Shown here: one piece after another, positions 25,385 through 37,270 of the stretch
Position numbering within the stretch: position 1 is the stretch's first letter
Layout of the letters: each line of letters begins with the position of its first letter
Source of the DNA: Octopus bimaculoides
Lineage: Eukaryota
Length of the DNA: 45,872 nt
Assembly: GCF_001194135.2 (NCBI RefSeq)
Contig: NC_068996.1
Span: forward strand, 35,599,319-35,645,190
Direction: 5' to 3'
Position numbers and translations under genes: made by a program
The notes under the pieces: model-generated
The model's database searches: none
Told to the model about the DNA's origin: nothing
The model's input: only the letters and a program-made list of their open reading frames with translations

Positions 25385-25790
25385 TCATGACAAAGTGGTG
25401 AGAAAGGATCTGCAAACATTAGGATTCACAGAGGGGATGACAGGGACTGAGACTCCTGATGGTTTGCTGTGCTTGAAAACACACTTCAAGCTAAGTAAAT
25501 GCATGGTTGTCCTTGCATATGAGCTTTTCCCTTGCAACCCTCTCCTGCTGAGCCATCCCTAATCTTGTGGGCTCGTAAGTGCTGGTGTGATGTAAAAAGC
25601 ACCCATGCTGCTGCTGTGTAAAAACACCCAGTACACTGGGTAAAGTGGTTGGCGTTAGGAAAGGGCATCTAGCCATAGAAAACATGTCAAAATAGAGAGG
25701 GAGCCTGAACAGCCTTTCAGCTGGTCAACTCTAGTCAAACTGTCCAGTCCATGCCAGCATGGAAAATGGATGTTAAATGATGATGATGAT
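25385..25790 (+). mobile_element. RTE LINE 3' end fragment (older)
   Basis: DKVVRKDLQTLG remnant plus 3'UTR and GAT tail. Confidence 0.75.
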
Positions 25791-25829
25791 AATTATCATC
25801 ATCATCATCATTTGTAATTGAACCATACT

Positions 25830-26290
25830 CTATGACTGGCACCGCGCCAGTGGAACACTAACAGCACTGTCGAGCGCGTTCATTGCCAGAGCAGCTGTCT
25901 GGCTTCAGTGCTAGTGGACCATAAATAACACCATTTGAGCGTAATCCTTACCAGCGTCGCCTTCTAGCACTTGTACTGGTGGCACATTAGAAAATTATTC
26001 GAGCGAGGTCGTTGCCAGTACCGCTGGACTGGCTCCCGTGCAGGTGGCACATAAAAAACACCTTTTTGAGCGTGGCCGTTGCCAGTACCGTGTGACTGGC
26101 CCTCGTACCAGTGGCACATAAAAAGCACCCACTACACACTCGGAGTGGTTGGCCTTAGAAAGGGCATCCAGCTGTAGAAACTCTGCCAAATCAGATTGGA
26201 GCCTGGTGCAGCCTTTTGGCTTGCCAGTCCTCAGTCAAATCGTCCAACCCATGCTAGCATGGAAAGTGGACGTTAAACGATGATGATGAT
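25830..26290 (+). mobile_element. RTE LINE 3'UTR fragment with internal tandem units
   Basis: Repeated gccagtacc..gtggcacataaaaa..cacc units followed by the standard tail. Confidence 0.85.
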
Positions 26291-26614
26291 GATCATCATC
26301 ATCATCAAAATTTTGAAGCTACAAAGTAACGTGTGATTAATTAAAAACATTTTGAATGAAAAAGCATCACATTTGATAGAATAATCTAAATGCTAAAGGG
26401 TTTAAGTAGATGGAGCCTGTGGGAGAGAGTAACCTCAGAAGACATGGGACAAAGCGAAGAAGAATGGTCTTGGGATATTGAACCTCTTAGAGAAGATGAT
26501 GAAGGATTGTAGCAATTGCCAATATGCAGTACTGGAAATAAATCACCCTCCTACACAAACAAATGTGTACAAAATGCTAAAATGATAGAAGCAATGGAAA
26601 CTGGAAGTTGTATA

Positions 26615-26808
26615 TATATTTATTTCTTTATTGCTCACAGTGGGGGGTTAAACATAAAGGGGACAAACAAGGTCAGACAAAGGGATTAAGTCGGTAACTG
26701 ATACTTATTTAATCGACCCCGAAAGGACGTAAGGCAAAGTTGAATGGCAGATGTAATACTGCTAAGCATTTCACTCGGCGTGCTAACTATTCTGCCAGCT
26801 TGCTGCCC
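26615..26808 (-). mobile_element. SINE family A
   Basis: Reverse complement of the 1401 copy. Confidence 0.8.
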
Positions 26809-27495
26809 TGAAGCTGTATATATATTGTCATATGTCCCTGCTATTCTACCATTTGCTACCCCCACCTACATTTATCATATATTACTTAGCTCCTTGATGC
26901 CCTCTCATCTACATACTTATCCATTTGTCTGTCTGTCTGTTTGATTCTATGTAACACTGACATCTCTGTCACTAACACTTCCTTTTCATTCTTCTTGAAA
27001 TCTCCCTTATCTGCTGCACTGCCACCCTGTTTCCCACATCATATCCTCACTCAAGCACTGTATCTCCACTATTACTGCCTCCACACTCCATTCATTGTTT
27101 CTCTCTATAATCTTCTCCCCCACCCCAATTTTGTCTTCTGTTCACTGCCCTCTTCCTCACCTTGGCAGTCATGTTACCTTGAGTGAATAGAGTCACCTTA
27201 AAGCAGCTTTGACGCTTTTGTTTCTTTGTGGAGTTTCAACAGAGTTGGTGCCAAATAAAATACACCCAGAATATTCCTAAAAGGATTAATGAAGGAGTGG
27301 AGACAACTAAAGCTGAAAGGACCCTCTAATCTTCAAAAGCAAGACTTGTTCTGTTGATGCCACATCAGAATAATTTATCCAGTCTACCCAGTCAAGTTAT
27401 TGATGTTAGGACATCCAGTCATAGAAACCATGATAAAAAGGGAATGTTTTGAGTGACATGATGCTCCTGCATGTCTAGAAGGGCAGAAATTCCAA

Positions 27496-27733
27496 GGTTG
27501 AAGGCTGTGAGCTGGCAGAAACGTTAGCATGCCAGGAGAAATGCTTAGTGGTATTTCATCTGCCGTTACGTTCTGAGTTCAAATTCCGCCAAGGTCGACT
27601 TTGCCTTTCATCCTTTCAGGGTTGATAAATTAAGTACCAGTTGCATACTGGGGTCAATCTAATCGACTTAATCCCTTTGTCTGTCCTTGTTTGTCCCCTC
27701 TGTGTTTAGCCCCTTGTGGGCAATGAAGAAATA
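27496..27733 (+). mobile_element. SINE family A with 11-bp TSD
   Basis: TSD agaaattccaa (27485-95, 27734-44). Confidence 0.9.
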
Positions 27734-27829
27734 AGAAATTCCAAATTAAGAACTAACTCAGCATGGAAAGTGCTCCAACTTTCTTGTAACTTATTTATTT
27801 TTAACCTTACTTTTCAGATAAATAATACT

Positions 27830-28945
27830 AGATATCAGGCTGACTCAGCCACTGAAAAGGCCTGCTGTAGTAGCTGCCTTTAAAGTACTGCTTAGTGATA
27901 TAGAGATAGTTTGCTTCCTGGAAGTTGCTCAATCCTTTGTTGTCATAGTTCAAAAGGAAGTGGAAGCTAAATGCAAAATGCATGCACAGGATCCTAATAC
28001 CATTAGAACACATAACTTTTTATAAAAAGTCCAAGAAATAATTGTTAAAATCACTGGAAAGTCAATCAGTGCCACTGCAAAGGACCTCACAGTTTCAGAA
28101 TGCACCAACAGAAGAGTTGTGCATGTGGACATCCAGTATAAGTTGTATGTGATGTGGAGGGGGTCTGTCGAATGTGACAAGAATCATTATATCCATGAAA
28201 ATCACTTGCTAAACAAGTTAGAACACCAAGAGGCTGGAATGCTTTGGTTTTACTCCAATGAGAAAATCTTTGATTAGGGTCAAAAGGTAAACTGAAGGAA
28301 TGACAGATGGTTATGCAGCAACCTGAATGAGGTTCCATAGGTCATGCATATCAAGTTCCCAGCAACTGTAATGGTTCTGTGAGTGATTAGCGATGCTGAT
28401 GTCATACCCCATCACTTTTTTTTTCACAGGACTTAACCCTTTAGCATTTAAACTAGCCATATCCACCCAGACTATTCTACTTGTTTTATGTTCAAACTGA
28501 CCAGATCCAGGCTCTCACACACCTACTCTAAAATGTCCTCTAAAGAGTAAACAGTCACATTATTGAAATCATGGAGCTACAAGATTATGCATAATTAATT
28601 CAAAACATTGTGAATAAATAAGCATTACATTTAACAGTAATCTGAATGCTGAAGGGTTAAGAGTCAATGCTGCTGTCTACACAGAGGTGTTGGAGAAAGT
28701 TGCAAGACCCTAGATAGACACAGTATGCAATGCAACACTATGTCTTCCAACAAGACTCTGCACTGTCCCATAAACTGAGACAATCTAAGATGCATGCCAA
28801 TCGTCATGATTATGTTCTTCCAGACACATGGCCTCCTGGCTCACTAGACCTCAGTCTACTGGACTATTACGTATGGGGTGTAGTTGAGAGAGAGGTCAAT
28901 CAACACCCCCATAACACCATTCAATCTCTCAAATCAATCAATAAT
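27830..28945 (+). mobile_element. Tc1/mariner (maT/DD37D-like) decayed transposase, split by a MITE
   Basis: LLNKLEH..GMLWF.SNEKIF, HIKFPATVMVL, QDLRVNAAVY, YVFQQDSALSHK, WPPGSLDLSLLDYYVWGVVEREVNQHPHNT. Confidence 0.88.
28437..28656 (+). mobile_element. piggyBac-like MITE (220 bp) with TTAA target-site duplication
   Basis: TTAA|CCCTTTAGCATT...AATGCTGAAGGG|TTAA. Removing it restores the host transposase frame QDLRVN. Confidence 0.88.
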
Positions 28946-28974
28946 GAAGAATTTAGTAAAATGTCTTTGTAGTT

Positions 28975-29358
28975 ATTAAGCTGGTGTTTGGAACATAAAT
29001 TGACATAGAATTTTGATGGAAGATTTTAATTTAAATCACTTTAAAAACAAGATGTTTAAATCATGGAACCAAGGGCAGTTGCAGGTGGGGTTGGTATCAA
29101 AGGGGTTAAAACAGACACAAGGTAAAGATCTGGAAGCTAAGTCATATGACTTACTGAAATATACTATCTTTATTTCAATTAATTTTGAAAATAACGAAGT
29201 ATTTAGTAAAATATCTTTATAATTTTTAAGTTGGCATTTGGAACATAAATTAACAAGGAATTTTGGTGGAAGGATTTAATTTAGATCACTTTGCAACAGG
29301 AACTTTGTATTACAGAACCAGGGGTTGTCTCAGGTGGAGGTTGTTATCAAGGGGTTAA
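28975..29358 (+). mobile_element. Two tandem partial copies of a second TTAA-ended MITE family
   Basis: ggaacataaatt..gaagattttaattt..gaaccagggg..caggtgg..tatcaaggggttaa occurs twice. Related pieces at 36700-36990 and 38380-38526. Confidence 0.65.
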
Positions 29359-29437
29359 AGAAACTAAATATTTGAATCTGATATTGCAAAACTGAGGTAA
29401 ATTGTAACGATGGTTTTGTTTTATTTTTCTATTTCAG

Positions 29438-29490
29438 ATTTCACTCGTTTCTTTACTGTTTCCGCATATGTATATCAATGGTAATCCACA
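29438..29490 (+). other. GSTCD: 5'UTR part of the first GSTCD coding exon
   Basis: Lies between a strong acceptor (ttttatttttctatttcag) and the ATG in acaATG context. Implies at least one upstream non-coding exon. Confidence 0.6.
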
Positions 29491-29853
29491 ATGTCTACTG
29501 AAATATATCTTTCTGGACAGAAAACAAACAAAGAAACTTTTGCTCTACCCTTAAATTCCTGTGCTGTCATATTTGCCATTCACTACTGTCATTTAGAAGG
29601 GGTCATTCTGAACTTTGTGGATGATGAAGTATGCGAAGAACTTCAGATAACTATCACCCATCATGCCTTGCATTCTCTGAACATTAATTTTATAACACAA
29701 AATGCAGTCCCTTCTTTGGTTAATGTCTGCTCCTTACCAGTTCTGGTCACATCTAACAGCAATCTCATCAGATCAGGACTGTGTAATGTCATTCGGCAGA
29801 TTACAATGGTGGCCCATAGTTTGTATCCAAAAGAACATTTCAAGGATTTGCTG
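29491..29853 (+). CDS. GSTCD: GSTCD (glutathione S-transferase C-terminal domain-containing protein), first coding exon, 121 aa
   Basis: MSTEIYLSG...FALPLNSCAVIFAIHYC...VCSLPVLV...RSGLCNVIRQI...FKDLL matches the GSTCD N-terminus as I recall it (human ...CIFPLHTSVTLFLLSYC...CCLPAVV...RAGLAVVLRHII...LLELL). Acceptor tttcag at 29437, phase-0 donor CTG|gtaagt at 29853. Confidence 0.9.
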
Positions 29854-30059
29854 GTAAGTAGGTTATTGTTGTGTTATAGTCGCTGTTGCTGTTATTGTTA
29901 TTGTTGTTGTTTTTCTTATCTTTTATCTTTCCATAAAATTAAATTTGGGGGAAAACCATTATTAGTAATGTTGTTGTTTAACTCCCGGTCAGCTTTAGCC
30001 TAAGCCGATCACTATGGCTAGAGATATAACTGCTGGGTGTCTGGTAGTGGTGGTGGTGG

Positions 30060-30123
30060 CAGTGGTTTTTGTTATTATTGTTGTTACTGCTGTTGTTGTT
30101 AAGTAGTAGCAGTAGTAGTAGTG

Positions 30124-30167
<44 letters not shown>

Positions 30168-30305
30168 TGTAGCAGTAGTAGCAGTAGTGGTAGTGGTGGT
30201 AGCGGTAGTAATAGTAGTAATAGCAGCAGCAGTAATAGTAGTGGTAGTAGTAGTAGCAACAGCAAAAGTAGTAGTGGTAGTGATAGTAGTAGTAGCAGTA
30301 GTAGT
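30060..30305. repeat. Compound (AGT/AGC/GGT)n trinucleotide tract in GSTCD intron
   Basis: Visible directly; it explains the poly-S/V/T/L ORFs in the track. Confidence 0.95.
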
Positions 30306-30610
30306 GGACAAAGTGCTTTTACATGGCACCAGCACTTGCTCCACTCTGAGGAGTGGTTGATGTTAGGAAAGGCATCTAGCTGTAAAAACCATGCCAAAAC
30401 TGACCTCACCTGTGCTGGTGCCACATAAAAAGCACTCAGTCCTCTCTGTAGAGTGGTTGGTGTTAAGAAGGGCATCCAACTGCAAAAACCCAGCCAAAAC
30501 AGACACAAAAGTCTGGTGTAGTTTTTTGCCTGGCTAGCTCCTGTCAGATTGTCCAACCCATGCCAGCATTGAAAGTAGGCGTTAAACAATGATGATGATG
30601 ATGATGATGT
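30305..30610 (+). mobile_element. RTE LINE 3' end fragment
   Basis: Two gagtggttgg..aagggcatc units and a (GAT)n tail. Confidence 0.75.
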
Positions 30611-30838
30611 CTTAAAGGATGTTTGGAATTTCATGTCTGAAAGGTTATTTGGAATCGTGGGATGGTGGCTAGTGTCACAGAGGCTTGGATTTCATTATTT
30701 GGTTTGAGGGAGGGGCATTGGCCTCAGTGCTCAACTGGTACTTATTTTATTGACCCTGTAAAAGCGAGAGGTAAAGGTGGATCCAGTGGCATAAGTCAGC
30801 AGAAATGCTGCTAAACATGGTAACAACTCTGCCAGCTT

Positions 30839-31063
30839 AGAGTGGTGAGCTGGCAAAATTGTTAACACACTGGGCGAAATACTTAGGGGTATTTCACCTG
30901 CCGTTACGTTCTGAGTTCAAATTCTGCCAATGTAGACTTTGCCTTTCATACTTTCGAGGTCAAGTACCAGTTATACACTGGGGTCGATGTAATCAACTTA
31001 ATCTCTTTGTCTTTCCTTGTTTGTCCCCTCTATGTTTAGCCCCTTGTGGGCAATAATGAAATA
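30839..31063 (+). mobile_element. SINE family A with 14-bp TSD, nested in an older antisense SINE
   Basis: TSD aactctgccagctt (30825-38, 31064-77). The flanks are a minus-strand SINE remnant. Confidence 0.88.
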
Positions 31064-31104
31064 AACTCTGCCAGCTTGCTGCCTTAGTTTTGCCTTTCAT
31101 CTTT

Positions 31105-31520
31105 CCATTTGAGAATCAGATCATTCCTGGCTCAACAGGATGCCTCAGCTTATTCAGGAGCTTCTTTGCCTTGATCAAATTGTTCTCTTTAGACTTGGCT
31201 GTCAGAATTTGCCCCTTGCACCTCTTGTATGAGTGGTAGTGAAAGGTCCTTGTTCAGGGCCAGCTTCATGGTGGTGACTCCAATATCCATCTCTCCCTTA
31301 CTAAAGACCAGATTCCTTTGATCAGATCTTCCATCACCTTGACTTACAGCTTTCCAGCATACAGACAGTCAGAATGACTGCTGTGTCCTTTCTTGCTGCC
31401 TATGACTTCGCAGTCTCTATTGCAGTTGTTCATGTCATGTGTTACAGCCTTTACAGTGTTCACAGATCATTGAGCAATAATCATGATACAGGTGACTCTT
31501 TTCCAATATTCAAATAGCTT
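31105..31520 (-). mobile_element. Tc1/mariner (maT-like) N-terminal fragment
   Basis: YHSYKRCKGQILTAKSKENNLIKAKKLLNKLRHPVEPGMI resembles the family at 27830. Confidence 0.7.
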
Positions 31521-31624
31521 CCAGTCCTCGCCATTGACTGTTCACCAACACATCAAGCTATTCCTGAAAAAGAGACACAAAATGTAAAATTTTTATGACA
31601 ATATTTTATGACAAATATTGTCAC

Positions 31625-31850
31625 CCTGTGTGTATCTATCTACCCGTGTCTGTGTTTGTCCCCCCTAACCATCGCTTGACAACCGGTGCTGGTGTGTCTA
31701 CATCCCTGTAACTTAGCGATTCGGCAAAAGGGACCGATAGAATAAGTACTAGGCTTACAAAGAATAAGTCCTGAGGTTGATTTGCTTGACTAAAGGCGGT
31801 TCTCCAGCATGGCCGCAGTCAAATGACTGAAACAAGTAAAAGAGTAAAAG
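31625..31850 (+). mobile_element. SINE family B 3' half
   Basis: tgtgtttgtcccc..aataagtactaggc..agcatggccgcagtcaaatgactgaaac. Confidence 0.8.
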
Positions 31851-32039
31851 AGTACATACATATACATATACATAAGCATTATATTTGATTGTGCAATCTG
31901 AATTCTAAAGGGTTAAGGGTTTTGGTAGATTTCTCCCACAACTATGACATCTAAAAACATTTTAATTTTTGTTTAAACTGTTTTAGGTTTGGTTTTGAAA
32001 TAATTTAATCTAAACAAATGTTGCTTTTACTGTTTTCAG

Positions 32040-32075
32040 GGTTTTCGTGGTGGAAGTCTGAAAGCTTGTGCAGAA
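32040..32075 (+). CDS. GSTCD: GSTCD coding exon (36 nt, GFRGGSLKACAE)
   Basis: tgttttcag|GGT...GAA|gtaagt, phase 0/0. Continues the previous exon and matches the GSTCD motif GFKKTCLKACAE. Confidence 0.9.
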
Positions 32076-32104
32076 GTAAGTATTTCACAATGAACGGAAA
32101 CATA

Positions 32105-32490
32105 TGTACATGTGCACTAACACACATGCACTCACACATACACACACTCACACACATACACACACACATTCGCACATAGACTCATACATACACTCACATC
32201 CACACACACACATACACACTCACACATAGACTCATACATGCACTCACACATACACACACTCATACACATACGTGCACACACTCATACACAGATACACACA
32301 CATATACACACACTCATACATATGCTCACATACATACACACACTCACACAGACGTACATGCACACACTCACACACATGCACACACACATTCGCACATAGA
32401 CTCATACATACACTCACACACGTCCACAAACTCACACACAGATACACACACTCTCACATAGACTCACACATACACTCACATACATACATA
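32105..32490. repeat. CA-rich minisatellite (cacacatagactcatacatacact variants)
   Basis: Visible directly, immediately downstream of the 36-nt exon. Confidence 0.9.
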
Positions 32491-32699
32491 CATTTTATTT
32501 GGAGATTTTGTTCTCGTAGATGGGTTGTCTATGCTGTTGTGGTTTGTTGAATCAACAGCTCCTCTATTCATACCTATACATATACACACTCATTAACACA
32601 CACACACACACACATCAGACTGTTTGTCTCTCTCTGCCTCATATACTTTCAAGCAAACATTTCCTGTTGTTGTTCTCTCCTTTCTTACTCTTTTTACTC

Positions 32700-32973
32700 T
32701 TTACTCTCTTTTACTCTTTTACATGTTTCAGTCATTTCACTGTGGCCATGCTGGAGCAAGGCCTTTAGTCGAGCAAATCAACCCCCAGGACATATTCTTT
32801 GTAAGCCTAGTACTTATTCTTTGTAAGCCTAGTACTTATTCTTTGTAAGCCTAGTACTTATTCTTTGTAAGCCTAGTACTTATTCTATTGGTCACTTTTG
32901 CCGAACCGCTAAGTTACAGGGACGTAAACACACCAGCATTGGTTGTCAAGCAATGCTAGGGGGACAAAGACAA

Positions 32974-33008
<35 letters not shown>

Positions 33009-33165
33009 CATACGACGGGCTTCTTTCAGTTTCCGTCTACCAAATCCACTCTCAAGGCTTTGGTCAGTCCAAGGCTATAGAAGACACTTGCCCAAGTTGC
33101 TACGCAGTGGGACTGAACCCGGAACCATGTGGCTGGTAAGCTAGCTACTTACCACACAGTCACTC
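32700..33165 (-). mobile_element. SINE family B with internal 22-bp x4 expansion
   Basis: tattctttgtaagcctagtact x4 (32793-32880). Confidence 0.82.
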
Positions 33166-33419
33166 TTGCACCTTTACTAACAAATTTGCTAGACTCCCTT
33201 CCTCCAATCTTTATTCTCTCTCTTTTTCTCTTCTTTCCATCTCTTCCTTTCTTTTTCTTCTTTTTTCTCCTTTATTGTTTATTTTTATTTTTTCTATCTT
33301 TTTTTTTTACATTGTATATCATGCTTTTTTTTTATCATTATAACTAAAAGCTTCAAATTAAATTAAATTTTTACCTGGAAGCTTTTAAATCTTTCAATAT
33401 ATGAACCTTGTTTTGATCA

Positions 33420-33600
33420 AATTTGTAACACCCATATAAACTTGCACATCATACCAGTAACATTCATATCCTGTATAAACTTGGATGTCATTCTGGGTAG
33501 ATTTGTACCCTGTATAAGCTTGTGTGTCATACTGGGCACATTTATACCTTGTATAAATTTGTGTTATAATGAGTACATTTATAACATGTATAAACTTGTA
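33420..33600. repeat. Degenerate minisatellite of about 38 bp (tgtataaacttg core) x5
   Basis: Recurrent ccctgtataaacttg..tcat motif. Confidence 0.65.
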
Positions 33601-33636
33601 CTCTTATCAGTTTTTATTCGGAATTCCTATTCTGCT

Positions 33637-33840
33637 TAGGCAGCGAGCTGGCAGAAATGTTAGCTCACCAGGCGAAATGCTTAACGGTATTTCATCTGTC
33701 TTTATGTTCTGAGTTCAAATTCTGCTGAGGTCAATTTTGCCTTTCATCCTTTCGGGGTCGATAAATTAAGCACCAGTTGATCTAATCGACTGGCCACCTC
33801 CCCCAAAATTTTGGGCCTTGTGCCTAGAGTAGAAAAGAAT
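33637..33840 (+). mobile_element. SINE family A
   Basis: Same head and core. Confidence 0.82.
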
Positions 33841-34789
33841 TTCTGTTCTGTTAGAAAGGTTACCTCTATTTGTGCATTCATTATTTTTGTGTGGTTTTTA
33901 ATGCTGGATGACTTTCCTTTTTGTATGCACACATATATGCACCTCTTCTAGCAACAAAACTGAGGGTCAGCTTAGATGGTACTTGCGTATGAAGTGCAAC
34001 GCTGTATAGTGGTGAGACATGGGCACTAAATGCAGAGAATGTGTAAAAAGTTAGAAAGAAACAAGGGTAGTATGCTCTATTGGTTGGGTAACAACAGTGG
34101 TTATGGTTAATAGAACAAAAAAAATGTGTGTGTGTGTGTGTGTGTGTGTCTGTGTGTTTGAGTGTGTGACAATGGAATAGGCATGGCTGTGTGGTAAGAA
34201 GTTTGCTTTCCAACTATATACTTCTGATTCAGTTCCATGGCATGGTATCTTGGGCAAGTGTCTTTCTACTATTGTTTCAAAATGACCCAAACTCTTGTGA
34301 GTAGATTTTATAGATGGAAACTGAAAAAAGCTTGTGCTTTGTGTATATGTATATGTATGTATCTATGTGTATCTTTGTTATTTCTTTTTGTCCTCCACCA
34401 CCACTAGGCAATCGGCTTCACATTGTTAAGTACAAGACTCATCAAAATAAATAACTTCTAAGATCAAGTCATCTGACTGAGACCTTTCAAGGCAATTACC
34501 TTGTCATGGCAGCAACCTGATGACTGAGGCGAATTAGATGAAAGATGTGTTTTAGTGAAGTGAATATTTATTTAGTTCATGTTCAAACAAGACACTGTGA
34601 TTATCATAAACGAGCAACAGGATTGTTGATCACCTGGACTTAAAAGTTCAGGTTTTAACATATTGTATTATGTATATTATGTATTGCACCACCTGGCCAA
34701 GATACATATCTATGCTTGTCCTACTTCAGTTATCTAAAGGAAAGATAGAAAATGTTACAAAAAAAAAAAAAAAAAAAAAAAGCAAAAGA

Positions 34790-35125
34790 AAAATCTTTTA
34801 CATGTATCAGTCATCTGACTGTGGCCATGCTGGAGCATCACTTTGAAGAAATTGAGGTGAACAAATTGACCTCCAGTTCTTTTGTCTTTAAACCTGGTAC
34901 ATATTTTAAGTTACGAGGATGTAAACAAGCCAACACCAGTTGTTAAGCATTGATGGTGGTGATCGGGGGAAACACACATCTATATATGTGATGGACTTCT
35001 TTTAGTGTCTGTCTACCAAATCCTCTCACAAGATTTTGGTCAGCGTGAGGTTATAGTAGAAGACACTTGCCCAAGGTACCACGCAGCGGGACTGAACCAA
35101 GAACCATGTGGTTGGGAATCAAACT
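34790..35125 (-). mobile_element. SINE family B (left arm of inverted duplication)
   Basis: Family B core in reverse orientation. Confidence 0.8.
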
Positions 35126-35257
35126 TATTTCACAAAACCATTCACATTTAAATCATGTTACAGTAAGAAGATCTGCGAGTTTTTAAAACAGTTGCTTTAA
35201 CAAATAAATCAGCCAACCGCTTCTAAAAGTATATATATGTGTGTGTATGTGAGTGTG

Positions 35258-35297
<40 letters not shown>

Positions 35298-35410
35298 TAC
35301 ATGTATACACACACACACATATACATGCATATATACATATACACATATGTAAATATTTGTTAAAACTTGTCTCTCCTGGATTGTCTTTTTGTGGTCATTG
35401 CTTTACATAT

Positions 35411-35441
<31 letters not shown>

Positions 35442-36029
35442 AATGTATAAAATACAAAGAAAAATGGATCATTAATGTACATTTATAATACTGAGTCAGA
35501 TTCTATAAATTTATTGTTGTTTAGCCCCAAGTCAGCCCTGAGCCAGTAGAGTTACAAGATGTCCCAGTTGTGACTGATCCATTTTCTTATGTAATGTATC
35601 TAAGACTATATTATAATAATGTACCGTATAGTAGTTAGTATTAGTGGCTGTAGTTGATGTTGTTTAGCCCTGCAACCATTCCATCTTTTATTCAGACATA
35701 GTGTATCTAGGACTATATGATATAATGTGCAATATAGTTGTTAGTATTAGTGGCTGTGTTAGGATTACATTATATTGTAGAGAAACCAATTTCACAAATA
35801 TTTGAATTGAGAAATAAAAAAGAAAGTTTTATGTACCTTCATTTGGATGATGTAGTCTTTCTGCCAGAGACACAATCGACATGAGGCTATGTCTGTTGAT
35901 ATTTGCTGTAGTTTCAATCCTCTGTTATGTGTGTGTATATATACACATGTATGTATGTATGTATGTATGATGTATGTATGTATGTATGTATGTGTATGTG
36001 TGTGTGTCTATATATATATTGTTATATAT

Positions 36030-36232
36030 CATTAGCATGCTGGGCGAAATGCTTAGCAGTATTTTGTCTGCTGCTACGTTCTGAGTTCAAATTCCACCAA
36101 GGTTGACTTTGCCTTTCATCCTTTCGGGGTCGATTAAATAAGTACCAGTTATGCACTGGGGTTGATGTAATTGACTTAATCCCTTTATCTGTCCTTGTTT
36201 GTCTCCTCTATGTTTAGCCAGGCCATAAAGAA
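36030..36232 (+). mobile_element. SINE family A
   Basis: Same head and core. Confidence 0.82.
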
Positions 36233-36364
36233 ATATATATATATACACACACATATATATACTTTTAGAAGCAGTTGGCTGATTTATTTGTTAAAGCAAC
36301 TGTTTTAAAAACTCGCAGATCTTCTTACTATAAAATAATTTAAGTGTGAATGGTTTTGTGAAAT

Positions 36365-36600
36365 AGTTTGATTCCCAACCACATGGTTCTTGGTTCAGTC
36401 CTGCTGCGTGGTACCTTGGGCAAGTGTCTTCTACTATAACCTCACGCTGACCAAAGTCTTGTGAGAGGATTTGGTAGACAGGCACTGAAAGAAGCCAGTC
36501 ACACATATATACATGTGTGTTTGCCCCCATTACCACTATCACTGCTTGACAACTGGTGCTGGTTTGTTTACAGCCTCGTAATTTAGAATACGTACCAGGT
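36365..36600 (+). mobile_element. SINE family B (right arm of inverted duplication)
   Basis: Shares an idiosyncratic junction (aaacctggtac..taagttacgagg) with the 34790 copy. Confidence 0.8.
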
Positions 36601-37061
36601 TTAAAAACAAAAGAACTGGAAGTCAATATAGTAAATTTATCTGACTCACACACCTTTTACCTTATTGCTACCCTATATTCATCAAAATACATTACCTTTA
36701 TTTCACTTAATTTGATAAAATAATCTTGTCATTCTCAAACTGGTGTTTGGAACTTAAATTAACATGAAATTTTGACAAAAAGTTTAATTTAGATCAAATT
36801 AGCTCTTTCTTTACCATATTTCCATTGAAATATACTGCCCTTTTTCCATATAATTTTATCATTATTAAGCTTGTGTTTGGAACATAAATTAACAATGAAA
36901 TTTTATTGAAAATTTTAATTTAGATCACTTTTAAATGGGAAATTTATATCACCGAACAAAGAGTAGTTTTAGGTAAGCTGACATCAAAAAGATTTATACA
37001 GTTTTTTTTTTTCATTCAATCAAAAGAAAATACATCACATACTCTTCCTCCTGTACACTAA

Positions 37062-37270
37062 CTCTTTAGCAATCAGATTATTCTGTCAAATGCAATGCTT
37101 ATTTATTCACATTGCTTTGAATTAATCATGTGTTATCTTTTTGGGTTGAAATTTTGATGATGTGCTTGTTTATTTTTAGTATGACCTTATAGGGTAGGTT
37201 GAATATGGCCAGTCTGTACATAAAACGGATAATATTTGGGCTGGATGTAGCCAGTTTAAATGCTGAAGGG
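37062..37270 (-). mobile_element. Second copy of the TTAA MITE family
   Basis: ctaa|ctctttagcaatcagatt...tttaaatgctgaaggg|ttaa; reverse complement of the 28437 element. Confidence 0.75.

Noticed and set aside
21720-26130. CRISPR-like palindromic repeats with variable spacing
   Set aside because: They are internal units of the RTE 3'UTR. The spacers are homologous to each other, the context is eukaryotic and there are no cas genes.
29978-30634. Poly-L/S/T/V ORFs
   Set aside because: Translations of an intronic (AGT)n microsatellite plus an RTE tail.
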